Shown piece by piece: positions 5,681 to 14,991 of a stretch of DNA of 44,234 nt. The translations under genes and the position numbers were made by a program. How positions within the stretch are numbered: position 1 is the first letter of the stretch; every line of letters starts with the position of its first letter. Source of the DNA: Escherichia phage vB_EcoS_CEB_EC3a; the sequence record NC_047812.1; one strand, written 5' to 3'. Under the pieces are notes generated by a model, which was not told where the DNA came from, made no database searches, and saw only the letters and a program-made list of their open reading frames with translations.

Positions 5681-7246
5681 ATGTCTTTAGTATGGGAAGA
5701 AATGACCATTCAGGAAAAGATGGCCGTTAAGGCGATATCAGAACACAGCTTCGAGGGTTTCCTTCGTTGCTGGTTCCAGATTACACAAGGCGAGCGATAC
5801 ATCCCTAACTGGCATCACAAGTACTTGTGCAGAATCATTGATGAGATTATCGCAGGAGATCGCAAGGACACCATCATTAACATAGCACCAGGCAGCGGAA
5901 AGACGGAAATTGCCTCAATCCACTTCCCGGCCTATTCGATGGTTAAGCTTAGGAAGGTGCGCAACCTTAACATCTCTTTTGCTGACTCCCTGGTTAAGCG
6001 TAACTCGAAGCGAGTACGTGACCTTATCAAGTCTCAAGAATTTCAGTCACTCTGGCCATGCAAATTTGGCACCTGCAAAGACGATGAGCTTCAGGTTCTT
6101 GATGAGAGTGGCAAGGTTAGATTTGAGTCAATATCAAAGGCGGCTGGAGGCCAGATTACTGGCGCTCGCGGTGGGTACATAACCGAAACATACAGCGGAG
6201 CCGTTCTTTTGGATGACTTTGACAAACCCGCAGATATGTTATCAGCAGTGTACCGCTCGAATAATCACGTAATGCTTAAAAATACGATTCGCTCACGTCG
6301 AGCCAGTTCTGTAAAAGGCAAAGCGACACCAATCATTTCGATACAGCAGCGGCTTCACGTCAATGACTCAACCTATTTCATGATGGAAGGCGGCATGGGT
6401 ATCGAATTCGATTTGATTAAGATACCAGCATTAGTTACTGAGGATTACCTAGACACACTACCTGAATGGATTAAAGAACAGTTTGAAGAGGATGTCCTTA
6501 GTAGTGAATACATAGAGCGCGATGGAGTAAGGTATTACAGCTACTTCCCTAAAAAGGAGTCAGTCAATGACTTGGTTGCGATGTGGGATAGTGACCCTTA
6601 CACCTTCCTTAGTCAGTATCAACAAGAACCAGTAGCTCTAGGTGGCAACCTTATTAACGTAGATTGGTTCCAGCGCCTTAGCGACACGTTCAGACCTCCA
6701 GCTAAGTACGATTATAGATTTATAACTTGCGATACAGCTATGACTACAAAAAGTTATAGTGACTTCTCTGTCCTTCAATTGTGGGGTTATAAAGATGCTA
6801 AGATTTACCTTATTGACCAGCGCAGGGGGAAATGGGAAGCGCCCGAGTTAGAGGCAGAGTTAATCGATTTCGAGAAGAAATCAAGGGCAACCAGTCAATC
6901 GGATGGTATCCTCCGAAAGATTATCATCGAGAAGAAAGCATCTGGAATCGGACTCATTCAATCAGCAAGTCGAGTCATGAGAACGCCAGTGGAACCTTAT
7001 GTTCCTGATAATGACAAGTTAACAAGGGTGATGAGTGCGCTGCCACAGATTAAGGCTGGTAACGTAGTTCTTCCTGAGTCTGCGCCGTGGTTAAGCGGAT
7101 TGCTTACTGAGATTGCGGCATTTACCGCTGACGACAGCCATAATCACGACGACCAAATTGATACCATGACAATGGCTATCAACCTGGTTCTGAACATTGC
7201 GGATGATCCTAAGTCGAGACTGATGCGCATAGCGGGAATGAAATAG
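5681..7246 (+). CDS. terL: Terminase large subunit
   Basis: 521 aa; Walker A PGSGKTE, Walker B-like VLLDDFDK, C-terminal nuclease-like acidic motifs (HDDQIDT). Position upstream of the portal gene. Confidence 0.9.
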   Translation: MSLVWEEMTIQEKMAVKAISEHSFEGFLRCWFQITQGERYIPNWHHKYLCRIIDEIIAGDRKDTIINIAPGSGKTEIASIHFPAYSMVKLRKVRNLNISFADSLVKRNSKRVRDLIKSQEFQSLWPCKFGTCKDDELQVLDESGKVRFESISKAAGGQITGARGGYITETYSGAVLLDDFDKPADMLSAVYRSNNHVMLKNTIRSRRASSVKGKATPIISIQQRLHVNDSTYFMMEGGMGIEFDLIKIPALVTEDYLDTLPEWIKEQFEEDVLSSEYIERDGVRYYSYFPKKESVNDLVAMWDSDPYTFLSQYQQEPVALGGNLINVDWFQRLSDTFRPPAKYDYRFITCDTAMTTKSYSDFSVLQLWGYKDAKIYLIDQRRGKWEAPELEAELIDFEKKSRATSQSDGILRKIIIEKKASGIGLIQSASRVMRTPVEPYVPDNDKLTRVMSALPQIKAGNVVLPESAPWLSGLLTEIAAFTADDSHNHDDQIDTMTMAINLVLNIADDPKSRLMRIAGMK

Positions 7247-7286
7247 CACAAATTGCTAAACACTAAAGCCACGGATGGCGTATAGT
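7244..7286 (+). promoter_or_regulatory. Dyad-promoter module (TAGCACAAATTGCTA-22 nt-TATAGT)
   Basis: Core 7244-7258 contains the terL stop; TATAGT 7281-7286. Confidence 0.65.
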
Positions 7287-7315
7287 TACTTCACACAAAC
7301 GAGAGGAGAAGAAAG

Positions 7316-7648
7316 ATGAAGGCAGTATTTAAAGGTTATAAAAAAGCTGGTTGTTTGGAATTTACTATTGGTAAGATTTATGAGCTATCAACGGCAACTG
7401 AGGCTTTCGGATTCTTAAAAGTGACTGATGACGATGGATTTAATGGAGTAATTATCCCAGGTGACACCTATGATTTCGAGGTGCTGATTCCAGATGAATT
7501 TATCAATAAAAAAAAGCAATTTAAATATTACATTAATGGCGAAGTGGTTACTAAGACAAAGTTCGATGATACGCTGTTATGCGTCAAGGATTTTAAATCT
7601 GATGGCATTGACACATCATCAATCAAGTTCGAAGTAAAATTCGAGTAA
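7316..7648 (+). CDS. Hypothetical protein (110 aa), moron between terL and portal
   Basis: ORF track. Has its own module promoter and its own terminator, and looks visibly AT-rich. Confidence 0.7.
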   Translation: MKAVFKGYKKAGCLEFTIGKIYELSTATEAFGFLKVTDDDGFNGVIIPGDTYDFEVLIPDEFINKKKQFKYYINGEVVTKTKFDDTLLCVKDFKSDGIDTSSIKFEVKFE

Positions 7649-7670
7649 CCACAAAAGCTATGATAAACTA

Positions 7671-7692
7671 GCCCCTACATGGGGCTTTTTTT
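7671..7692 (+). terminator. Intrinsic terminator
   Basis: GCCCC-tacat-GGGGC followed by T7. Confidence 0.8.
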
Positions 7693-7705
7693 ATTGGAGA
7701 AAAAC

Positions 7706-8974
7706 ATGGTCAAGACAGACAGCTACGCCAATATCTTTCTCGGCGGCAGTGATGGTAGTGAGATTTACGGAAGTTTACAGAATCAAGCGCCTACAATTCT
7801 GGCTTCTCTTTATGCGGATAACGCGCTGGTGCGTAGAATTATCGACACAATCCCGGAGACGGCATTGGCGGCAGGGTTCCACATTGATGGTATTGATGAT
7901 GAGCCAGCATTTTGGTCGCGCTGGGACTACTTAGAGCTAACAAAACACATCAATGAAGCCTGGTCGTGGGCTAGATTGTTCGGAGGCTCTGCAATTGTTG
8001 CTATCGTTAAGGATAATAGAGCATTAACAAGTCCTGTCAGAGAAGGTGCAGAACTTGAAACGGTACGCGTTTACGACCGCACACAAGTAAAAGTACAAAC
8101 TCGAGAGGAGAATCCACGCAACGCACGTTTTGGTAATCCGCTAACCTATCGCATCACCACTAATGAGAGCGATATGTTCTACGATGTGCATTACAGTCGC
8201 ATTCACATCATTGACGGAGAGCGAATCCCTAACGCAATGCGTCGGCAGAATGATGGCTGGGGTCGCAGCGTTCTCTCCAGTGACATTCTTGACTCAATCA
8301 AGGATTACACCAACTGCGAAAGGCTGGCGACTCAACTGCTCAAGCGTAAACAGCAAGCGGTTTGGAAAGTCAAGGACCTGGCATTGCTTTGTGATGATAG
8401 TGAAGGAGTTGGCGCGGCTCGTTTACGTCTCGCTCAAGTTGATAACAACAGCGGAGTTGGTCAGGCAATTGGCATTGATGCGGAATCGGAAGAATACAGC
8501 ATTCTGAACTCTGATATTGGTGGGATTGATGCGTTCCTGGATAAGAAGTTCGACAGAATAGTTGCTCTGAGTGGTATTCATGAAATAATCCTGAAGAACA
8601 AGAACGTCGGCGGCTTATCATCAAGCCAGAATACAGCGCTTGATACATTCCATAAGTTAGTCGATCGCAAGCGTAACGCTGAGCTACTGCCGATTCTAGG
8701 GTTCCTGATTCCGTTCATTTCAGACGAGCAAGAATGGTCAGTTGAGTTTAATCCCTTAGCTCATGAGTCAGGCAAGGATAAAGCTGAGATTCTGGAGAAG
8801 AACGTAAGCAGCATTGCGACGCTAATTGCATCTGGCGCCATGGATAAGAACGAAGCACGTGATACACTACGCACTATCGCACCAGAGATTAAGATTGGTG
8901 ATAATGATATTCAGGCCGAGGAATCGGAGTTAATTACAGAGACAGAGGTTGTTAATGAAGAAATTGCGATATGA
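7706..8974 (+). CDS. Portal protein
   Basis: ORF 7679..8974 begins inside the terminator. ATG 7706 follows GGAGAAAAAC. 422 aa, placed between terL and the protease/scaffold gene. Confidence 0.8.
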   Translation: MVKTDSYANIFLGGSDGSEIYGSLQNQAPTILASLYADNALVRRIIDTIPETALAAGFHIDGIDDEPAFWSRWDYLELTKHINEAWSWARLFGGSAIVAIVKDNRALTSPVREGAELETVRVYDRTQVKVQTREENPRNARFGNPLTYRITTNESDMFYDVHYSRIHIIDGERIPNAMRRQNDGWGRSVLSSDILDSIKDYTNCERLATQLLKRKQQAVWKVKDLALLCDDSEGVGAARLRLAQVDNNSGVGQAIGIDAESEEYSILNSDIGGIDAFLDKKFDRIVALSGIHEIILKNKNVGGLSSSQNTALDTFHKLVDRKRNAELLPILGFLIPFISDEQEWSVEFNPLAHESGKDKAEILEKNVSSIATLIASGAMDKNEARDTLRTIAPEIKIGDNDIQAEESELITETEVVNEEIAI

Positions 8975-10043
8975 CAGTGCGAAGGTGAAAGCCAGATTTG
9001 ATGAAAACGGCTTTCTGGTTGATACCCCTATCGTTGCGCGTATCGGGGTGCAAACCTATTACCTTCCAGACGGCACGGAACGGAGAGAATTTAGACCAGC
9101 CTCAGAGGTCTTTAAGCCTGATTCTCTGGCTAGTTATCAGGGTAAGCCAATTACATTAGGTCATGTGTTTGTTAACTCAGATAATGCTAAAGAGGTCGTT
9201 GTAGGCGCGGTATCTGGCTCAGCGATGCGCGAAGATTCAAATGTGATTGTTCCACTAACTGTTTACGACAAGGAATCAATCGAGAAGGCCAAAAATGGAA
9301 TTGCTGGTGAGCTGTCTGTTGGGTACTCAACTGTTGACGTTGAGTCTAAAGGATGGGGCAGTAACGAAACTGGTGAGTATAAGCTAGATGGCGAGTATCA
9401 ATCACAGGATGAAATTCCTTCTGACTGGGTTAGATTCGATGCGTTGCAAACTGAAATTAAAGTAAACCATGTCGCGCTGGTATACAAAGGGAGAGCCCAA
9501 GTAGCAAAGTTAAATTTTGACGCTCAACAGGAAAACCCGTATACTACTGACGTTGATATCAATAAAGAGGATAAACAGGAAATGATTAAGATTAAACTCG
9601 ACGGCGCGAAGGAATTTGAAGTCGCCCCGGAAGTCGCTTCTCACATCGAAGCGCTGAACGCAAAGGCTGACACCGCAATCGCAGAGCGCGATTCTCTGAA
9701 AGCTAAAGTAGATGCAATGCCAGCTGAAATCGAAGCTGCCGTTGCTAAAGCGAAAGCTGATGCTGATGCCCTAGCCGCTCTGGTTGCTGTTGCTGCTGAG
9801 GCTGGTGTTAAGGCTGACGGTCTGGATGCTAAAGGCATTAAAGTTTCTTACGTTAAAGAAGTCTCCGGTCTTGATGTTAGTGAGAAGTCTGACGCATACA
9901 TCGACGCGGCATTCGACATTGCCAAAGAATCTGATAAAATGGCTGAAGTGCGTAAAGCGACTACCGCTTCCGACAAATCTGACAGCGCCGATGAGCCTAA
10001 GAAATTAGACCCGCGTGCTCGTTTAGCTAAAATTAAGAAATAA
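8955..10043 (+). CDS. Prohead protease/scaffold-like protein (DUF2213-like N-terminus, Ala/Lys/Asp-rich coiled-coil C-terminus)
   Basis: ATG 8955 sits 6 nt after AGAGG. Synteny: portal, this gene, then capsid. The C-terminus is AEIEAAVAKAKADADALAALVAVAAEAG. Confidence 0.6.
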   Translation: MKKLRYDSAKVKARFDENGFLVDTPIVARIGVQTYYLPDGTERREFRPASEVFKPDSLASYQGKPITLGHVFVNSDNAKEVVVGAVSGSAMREDSNVIVPLTVYDKESIEKAKNGIAGELSVGYSTVDVESKGWGSNETGEYKLDGEYQSQDEIPSDWVRFDALQTEIKVNHVALVYKGRAQVAKLNFDAQQENPYTTDVDINKEDKQEMIKIKLDGAKEFEVAPEVASHIEALNAKADTAIAERDSLKAKVDAMPAEIEAAVAKAKADADALAALVAVAAEAGVKADGLDAKGIKVSYVKEVSGLDVSEKSDAYIDAAFDIAKESDKMAEVRKATTASDKSDSADEPKKLDPRARLAKIKK

Positions 10044-10055
10044 GGAGTTATAAAC

Positions 10056-10568
10056 ATGGCAATTCGTTCCGTAGCACTGGCTGGTATGGTTTCTGATACT
10101 TCTCTGTATAACATCGACGGCGCTTGTGTAGTTGGTGGTGCAACAGCAATTCCGGCTGGCACTGTTGTTGGTGTAACGGCTGCTCAGCCTGTAGATGGAC
10201 ACAAAGTTGTTGGCCTCCCTGCTGTAACTGGTACACCAGTTAAACCTTATGGTGTTGTTGTTAAATCTCATTACGAGACTCCAGATGGCACAGCTCGCGT
10301 AAATGAAGCAGTTAACGTAATGACTCATGGTCGCATCTGGGTTCGCACAAGTCTCACTTCTGCACCTGCATTTGGTGCTCCAGTTCTGGTATCTAAAAAA
10401 GGATTGGTTGAAGAAGCAGGAGCGGTCGCAACTGGTTGGACTTTTGCTGGTGGTTATGTGTCCGCTTATGCAGGTGGAGCCGACCCAATTAAGCAAGGTG
10501 AAAGCGTTGATGGCGCACTAGTTGAAGTCCAGCTTATCCAGTCCGCAAACTCAACTGTCGCAGCTTAA
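10056..10568 (+). CDS. Putative head decoration/capsid accessory protein
   Basis: 170 aa, Gly/Val/Ala-rich, directly upstream of the major capsid gene; SD AAGGAG. Confidence 0.45.
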   Translation: MAIRSVALAGMVSDTSLYNIDGACVVGGATAIPAGTVVGVTAAQPVDGHKVVGLPAVTGTPVKPYGVVVKSHYETPDGTARVNEAVNVMTHGRIWVRTSLTSAPAFGAPVLVSKKGLVEEAGAVATGWTFAGGYVSAYAGGADPIKQGESVDGALVEVQLIQSANSTVAA

Positions 10569-10586
10569 TAGCCAAGACATATAAAG

Positions 10587-10606
10587 CCTCCTTCGGGAGG
10601 TTTTTT
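10587..10606 (+). terminator. Intrinsic terminator
   Basis: CCTCC-ttcg-GGAGG followed by T6. Confidence 0.8.
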
Positions 10607-10625
10607 ATTGCCTATCATCTCATCA

Positions 10626-10653
10626 TTGCGTGGTCTAAAAACTCGTGTATAAT
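10626..10653 (+). promoter_or_regulatory. Putative sigma70 promoter for the major capsid gene (TTGCGT-16 nt-TATAAT)
   Basis: TTGCGT 10626-10631, TATAAT 10648-10653. Confidence 0.45.
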
Positions 10654-10691
10654 GAACCCGTAGACACCTAACTGAAAAGGAACAATAAAGA

Positions 10692-11636
10692 ATGGCCATT
10701 AAATTTGATGCAGAACAAGCAAAAATCACCGCTCACCTCGAGCAAATGGGCGTAGAGAAAGCCGATGCCGCTGGCATCTGGACCGTTAAGCAGCTTACCG
10801 CTACTCTGAATCGTGCTTACGAAAAAGAATACCCGGATAACTCCGTTGTTAATATCTTCCCTGTAAGTAACGAAATCCCAAGTCACGCAAAATACTTTGA
10901 ATACCCGGAATTCGATGGCGTAGGTATTGCTCAAATTATCGCTGATTACTCTGATGACCTGCCGCTGGTTGATGCTTTCATGACTGAGAAGCAAGGTAAA
11001 GTGTTCCGTTTCGGTAACGCATTCCTAATTTCTACTGATGAAATTAAAGCGGGCGCCGCAACTGGTCAGTCTCTGTCAACTCGCAAACAGGCTCTGGCTT
11101 TCGAAGCGCACGACAACCTGCTGGATAAACTGGTTTGGTCTGGTTCCACTCCTCACGGTATCGTAAGCGTATTCGATCAGCCTAACATCAACAACGTTGT
11201 TGCAACGCCAGACTGGAGCGAGCCGCTTAACGCAGTCAATGACGTAACCGCGATGATTGATGCAGTTGAGACTTCAACTCAGGGTATCCATCATGTGACT
11301 GATATTCTACTTCCGGCATCCTCTCGTCGAGTAATGCAGCGCCTGGTTCCGAACACAACCCTGAGCTATGGTGAGTTGTTCACTCGTAACAACCCTGGCC
11401 TGACTATTCGTTTCCTGCAGTTCCTGGATAACTACGATGGCGCAGGTGGTAAAGCCGCTCTGGCGTTTGAGAAAAACCCGCTGAACATGTCTATCGAGAT
11501 TCCAGAAGCTACAAATGTACTTCCTGGTCAACCGAAAGATTTGCACTTTAAGTACCCGGTAACTTCTAAAGCGACAGGTTTGATTGTTTATCGTCCTCTT
11601 ACGATGGCTGTAATCAAAGGAATCACCTTCGCGTAA
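10692..11636 (+). CDS. Major capsid protein
   Basis: 314 aa, bracketed by a strong terminator on each side (high-expression unit), at the position of the capsid gene in T1-like head modules. Confidence 0.8.
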   Translation: MAIKFDAEQAKITAHLEQMGVEKADAAGIWTVKQLTATLNRAYEKEYPDNSVVNIFPVSNEIPSHAKYFEYPEFDGVGIAQIIADYSDDLPLVDAFMTEKQGKVFRFGNAFLISTDEIKAGAATGQSLSTRKQALAFEAHDNLLDKLVWSGSTPHGIVSVFDQPNINNVVATPDWSEPLNAVNDVTAMIDAVETSTQGIHHVTDILLPASSRRVMQRLVPNTTLSYGELFTRNNPGLTIRFLQFLDNYDGAGGKAALAFEKNPLNMSIEIPEATNVLPGQPKDLHFKYPVTSKATGLIVYRPLTMAVIKGITFA

Positions 11637-11642
11637 TAAATC

Positions 11643-11664
11643 GCCCTCTTCGGAGGGCTTTTTT
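11643..11664 (+). terminator. Intrinsic terminator
   Basis: GCCCTC-ttcg-GAGGGC followed by T6. Confidence 0.8.
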
Positions 11665-11728
11665 ACGTCTGTACCAAATGGATTTGTTCGGTTATAATCA
11701 CTCAATCAGATAAACAAAGGAGACAAAA

Positions 11729-11974
11729 ATGATTCGTTTAGAACACACTGGAGCTTGCCTTATCGTTTACAAAGGTGAGAAATATTTGCCTGGTGACACT
11801 TTCGAGGTTGATGTAATTTGCGACGGGCTCAAGCGTTTAATCGCAGAGGGTAAACTCACCATTGAGGGTGACACCAAAGCAACCAAACAAATCGCGCAAG
11901 AAGTTGTTAGCAAGAAAAAGCGCAAAGAACCGAAAACCATCTCCGAGGCTGAGACTGGTAACGAGTACAAATAA
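11729..11974 (+). CDS. Hypothetical head-module protein (81 aa)
   Basis: ORF track; SD AAGGAG. Confidence 0.65.
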   Translation: MIRLEHTGACLIVYKGEKYLPGDTFEVDVICDGLKRLIAEGKLTIEGDTKATKQIAQEVVSKKKRKEPKTISEAETGNEYK

Positions 11975-12015
11975 CAAACAGGGCGCTTCGGCGTCCTTTA
12001 TTGTATGGGGCTAAT

Positions 12016-12417
12016 ATGAATGATGCAATTTTGGCGTTTATGCGCTCTCTTGTTCCTGCACTCAAAGCGGTGGATGACGAATCAATTAATGTATGGATTG
12101 ATTTGGCACGTCTATACGTATGCGAAAGCAAGTTTGGCGCAGACAAAGATAAGGCCGTAGGACTTTACGCACTACACCTGATGCTTGCTGATGGCGCATT
12201 TAAGGGTGAGAATGAAGGGCTGGAAACATACAGCCGTAGAATGGCAAGTTATGCACTGAGCGGTGAATTCTCTATCACTTATGATAACCAATCAGCAATC
12301 CAGGGTGACTTATCATCTTCCTCATGGGGCCGAATGTACAAGGCACTTCTCCGCAAGAAAGGTGGCGGCTTTGGATTGATTACTTCCGCTACTGGCGGTG
12401 GGTGCGGTTGCCGATGA
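12016..12417 (+). CDS. Putative head-tail connector/adaptor protein
   Basis: ORF 12001 starts at TTG; ATG 12016 is preferred. Assigned by position in the head-completion cluster. Confidence 0.5.
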   Translation: MNDAILAFMRSLVPALKAVDDESINVWIDLARLYVCESKFGADKDKAVGLYALHLMLADGAFKGENEGLETYSRRMASYALSGEFSITYDNQSAIQGDLSSSSWGRMYKALLRKKGGGFGLITSATGGGCGCR

Positions 12418-12785
12418 ACTACAACGAAATCGAATCAATTACTCGCGCTGGCATTAACTTCTTTAGTGATGCCAATGGCGTTTATGATATGAGTACCGGC
12501 GCTGGATATGTTGAGATTATCAACGGCGTTGAAGTAGAGGTTCCTTCGCAGACATTCCATCTAAAAGGCTTGGTGCGAGAAATCAAGACGCGCGATATCG
12601 ATGGTGAGTTTATCCAGTTTGGCGATAAACGAGGAATCTTCACGGCCCAGGTAGAAATCAAGCAGGGTTATCAGATTAAAGTTGATGGCGAGACTTTTGT
12701 TGTTGTTGACCCGCGCCCAGTTAAACCAACCGGCACAGTCGTTGGTTATAGGCCGATTCTTCGTAGGGTGGCTACTTATGGCTAG
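12414..12785 (+). CDS. Putative head-closure/head-tail joining protein
   Basis: ATG 12414 overlaps the upstream TGA (ATGA). Same frame as ORF 12324..12785. Confidence 0.5.
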   Translation: MNYNEIESITRAGINFFSDANGVYDMSTGAGYVEIINGVEVEVPSQTFHLKGLVREIKTRDIDGEFIQFGDKRGIFTAQVEIKQGYQIKVDGETFVVVDPRPVKPTGTVVGYRPILRRVATYG

Positions 12786-13215
12786 AAATATTGGAAGCGT
12801 GGCTACTTTTGAGAAATCTATTGCTGACTGGATTAACAGAGCAGATAAGGGATTTGAAATTGTAGTCGCCAACACGGTTACCAAGACAGCCAACGCAATT
12901 GTGGACTTATCCCCGGTCGATACTGGTAGGTTCAAGGCTAACTGGCAAATCACCGCAAACTCACCAGCTCAGCAATCACTGAATGAGTACGATCAGACTG
13001 GTGGGCAGACAAAAACATATCTCGCCAGACAGGCTAGAGCGGTCGCTAACTCAAAAGCTACGAGTGTTATTTATATAACCAACCGACTTGATTACGCAGC
13101 AGATCTTGAGTACGGAGCTTCAAATCAGGCTCCAGCTGGCGTTTTGGGAGTGGTGCAAGCAAGGTTGGGCAGGTATTTCCAGGAAGCGGTAGAGGAGGCT
13201 CGTCGTGCAATATGA
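12778..13215 (+). CDS. HK97 gp10-like tail-completion/neck protein
   Basis: ATG 12778 overlaps the upstream stop. The motif SPVDTGRFKANW is typical of the HK97 gp10 family. Confidence 0.6.
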   Translation: MARNIGSVATFEKSIADWINRADKGFEIVVANTVTKTANAIVDLSPVDTGRFKANWQITANSPAQQSLNEYDQTGGQTKTYLARQARAVANSKATSVIYITNRLDYAADLEYGASNQAPAGVLGVVQARLGRYFQEAVEEARRAI

Positions 13216-13606
13216 ATTATCATTAGCAGCAAGGAAATTCGTCGACGATTTGTTGGTAAATGAATTTCCGGTCAGGTATCCAGTTGCGTGGGAGAATTGT
13301 AAGTTTACCCCCCCTGCCGATGGCTCAATCTGGCTTAAGTACGACTATACAGAGGTTGACACCGTAACCTACGGATTAAGCAGGAAGTGCAAATACTACG
13401 TAGGCATGGTTCAAATTTCAGTATTCTTCAGTCCTGGTACTGGAATTGACAGGCCCAGACATATCGCTAATCAATTGGCAGAATCTATCGTTGATGGTAC
13501 AATGCTTGACAGCGGGACCATTTATGAGTCTGGAGTTGTTAACCCCGTTATCAAATCCAAGTCTGGGTGGTTTATCCCGGTTCGTTTTTATGTTCGTCTA
13601 GACTAA
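13205..13606 (+). CDS. Putative tail terminator protein
   Basis: GTG start 6 nt after GAGGAGG. 133 aa, immediately upstream of the tail tube gene. Confidence 0.5.
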   Translation: MQYELSLAARKFVDDLLVNEFPVRYPVAWENCKFTPPADGSIWLKYDYTEVDTVTYGLSRKCKYYVGMVQISVFFSPGTGIDRPRHIANQLAESIVDGTMLDSGTIYESGVVNPVIKSKSGWFIPVRFYVRLD

Positions 13607-13621
13607 CAAAAGGAAAAATAC

Positions 13622-14278
13622 ATGGCTCATTTATCAAACGGCACCCAGGTGTTCGTAGAAGGCTCTCGCGGAACTGCAATTGACGTAACTGCAATTTCTA
13701 ATGCAGCTAAACCAGTTTTAACCGTATCTAGCGCATCTGGCCTGGCTAAGGGTGACTACCTTCTTTTTACCGCATCCAGCTCAACTCTCCTGAGTGACAA
13801 GCAGGTGCGAGTAACTAAAGTTTCTGGCACGGAGGTAACAGTTGAAGGTATTGATACCTCAAGCACTACCAAATTCCCTGCTGGTTTAACTGGTGAGGTT
13901 GTCAAGATTACTTCATGGTTCGAAGTTCCGTGCGTTCAGGATGTTTCAACTGATGGCGGCGAGCAGCAGTTCGTTAACTTCCAGTGTCTTTCAGACGACC
14001 GTGAACAGCAGATTCCGACTTATAAATCTGCGGTAACTAACACCTTCACCTTTGCTCATGAGTACACTAACCCGGTTTATCCGGTTCTGCGTAACTATGA
14101 TGAGTCAGGCCAGGTTGTTGCTATTCGCCTGTTCGTACCTCGCGCCCAGGAAATGCGCTTGCAGTCTGGCACTATCGCTTTCAACGACACCCCTACTATT
14201 GGTGTTAACGAAATCGAAACGGTATCCATCGCAGTATCAATTCGTGGTCGCCTGTCCTCTGTGGCGGCTGAAGTTTAA
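13622..14278 (+). CDS. Major tail (tube) protein
   Basis: 218 aa; followed by a strong terminator and then the chaperone/tape-measure genes. Confidence 0.75.
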   Translation: MAHLSNGTQVFVEGSRGTAIDVTAISNAAKPVLTVSSASGLAKGDYLLFTASSSTLLSDKQVRVTKVSGTEVTVEGIDTSSTTKFPAGLTGEVVKITSWFEVPCVQDVSTDGGEQQFVNFQCLSDDREQQIPTYKSAVTNTFTFAHEYTNPVYPVLRNYDESGQVVAIRLFVPRAQEMRLQSGTIAFNDTPTIGVNEIETVSIAVSIRGRLSSVAAEV

Positions 14279-14286
14279 AACACAAA

Positions 14287-14306
14287 CCCTCTTCGGAGGG
14301 TTTTTT
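14287..14306 (+). terminator. Intrinsic terminator
   Basis: CCCTC-ttcg-GAGGG followed by T6. Confidence 0.8.
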
Positions 14307-14312
14307 ATTGCA

Positions 14313-14355
14313 TAGCACTTTTTGCTAAAGCGTTAATCCAATCTTCCTGTATAGT
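14313..14355 (+). promoter_or_regulatory. Dyad-promoter module (TAGCACTTTTTGCTA-22 nt-TATAGT)
   Basis: Core 14313-14327, TATAGT 14350-14355, leader TAACTCATCGAAACGAAATGAGAG. Confidence 0.65.
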
Positions 14356-14388
14356 TAACTCATCGAAACGAAATGAGAGATTAAAGAA

Positions 14389-14637
14389 ATGAATAACGTT
14401 AAAAACATCATCAAGCTTGCTGCAGTTCTGGTTGCTTTTTATGCAGTGGTTCAGATTGTTAACCCAACTGGTGAGGCTGATGCAAATATCAAGGCAAACA
14501 AATATACTGTTGAGTTCGCTAAAGCTGAGCGAGCATGCCAGGAACTTGTAGGTGGTAAAGTTGACCAAATCATGAAATATGGCAAAGAGGTCTGCAAGGA
14601 CTCGGCTGCTAATATTGCAAAAGAAAACACTAAGTAA
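14389..14637 (+). CDS. Small secreted/membrane-anchored protein (82 aa), moron inside the tail module
   Basis: N-terminus MNNVKNIIKLAAVLVAFYAVVQIV looks like a signal or anchor sequence. Has its own module promoter. Confidence 0.7.
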   Translation: MNNVKNIIKLAAVLVAFYAVVQIVNPTGEADANIKANKYTVEFAKAERACQELVGGKVDQIMKYGKEVCKDSAANIAKENTK

Positions 14638-14676
14638 TAGAATACATACTCACAAACAATAAGAGGATTAACAAAA

Positions 14677-14991
14677 ATGGCAAAGTTCAAACTTTCACTG
14701 GCGGCACTGCCAGACTTCAAGCTACCAGTAAAATTCAAGCTGGCTAACGACCAGGATGTAGAGGTTATTTTTACAGTTAAGCACAAGAAGACTTCTGAAC
14801 TTCAGGAATTGCTTAACAAGGAAGACTTGAGCACCAAAGAGCTTATTATGGCAATTGCTTCTGATTGGGATTTGGAAGAGGAATACAACGAGGATAACGT
14901 TAATGAGTTCTCCGACCTGTTCCCAGCTTCAACCGTTGCACTGACCACGGCTTATATGCAAGCACTTGCTGGTCAGCGAGTAAAAAACTAA
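14677..14991 (+). CDS. Tail assembly chaperone (lambda gpG analog)
   Basis: 104 aa, directly upstream of the tape measure gene. Ends at the slippery site. Confidence 0.75.
   Translation: MAKFKLSLAALPDFKLPVKFKLANDQDVEVIFTVKHKKTSELQELLNKEDLSTKELIMAIASDWDLEEEYNEDNVNEFSDLFPASTVALTTAYMQALAGQRVKN

Noticed and set aside
5910-8648. Alternate-frame ORFs inside terL and portal (5910..6182, 7749..7934, 8163..8507, 8370..8648-)
   Set aside because: They are fully nested in confidently assigned genes and have no independent signals.
9641-10496. Antisense and alternate-frame ORFs in the scaffold/decoration region (9641..9838-, 9784..10008+, 9848..10162-, 10023..10496-, 10048..10236-, 10327..10521+)
   Set aside because: These are typical shadow ORFs of GC-skewed, Ala-rich coding sequence. 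They overlap strongly supported structural genes and lack start signals.
11976-11999. GGCGC-ttcg-GCGTC hairpin after 11729..11974 as a terminator
   Set aside because: The stem contains a G-T pair and the downstream T-run is interrupted (CTTTATT). It is too weak to call.
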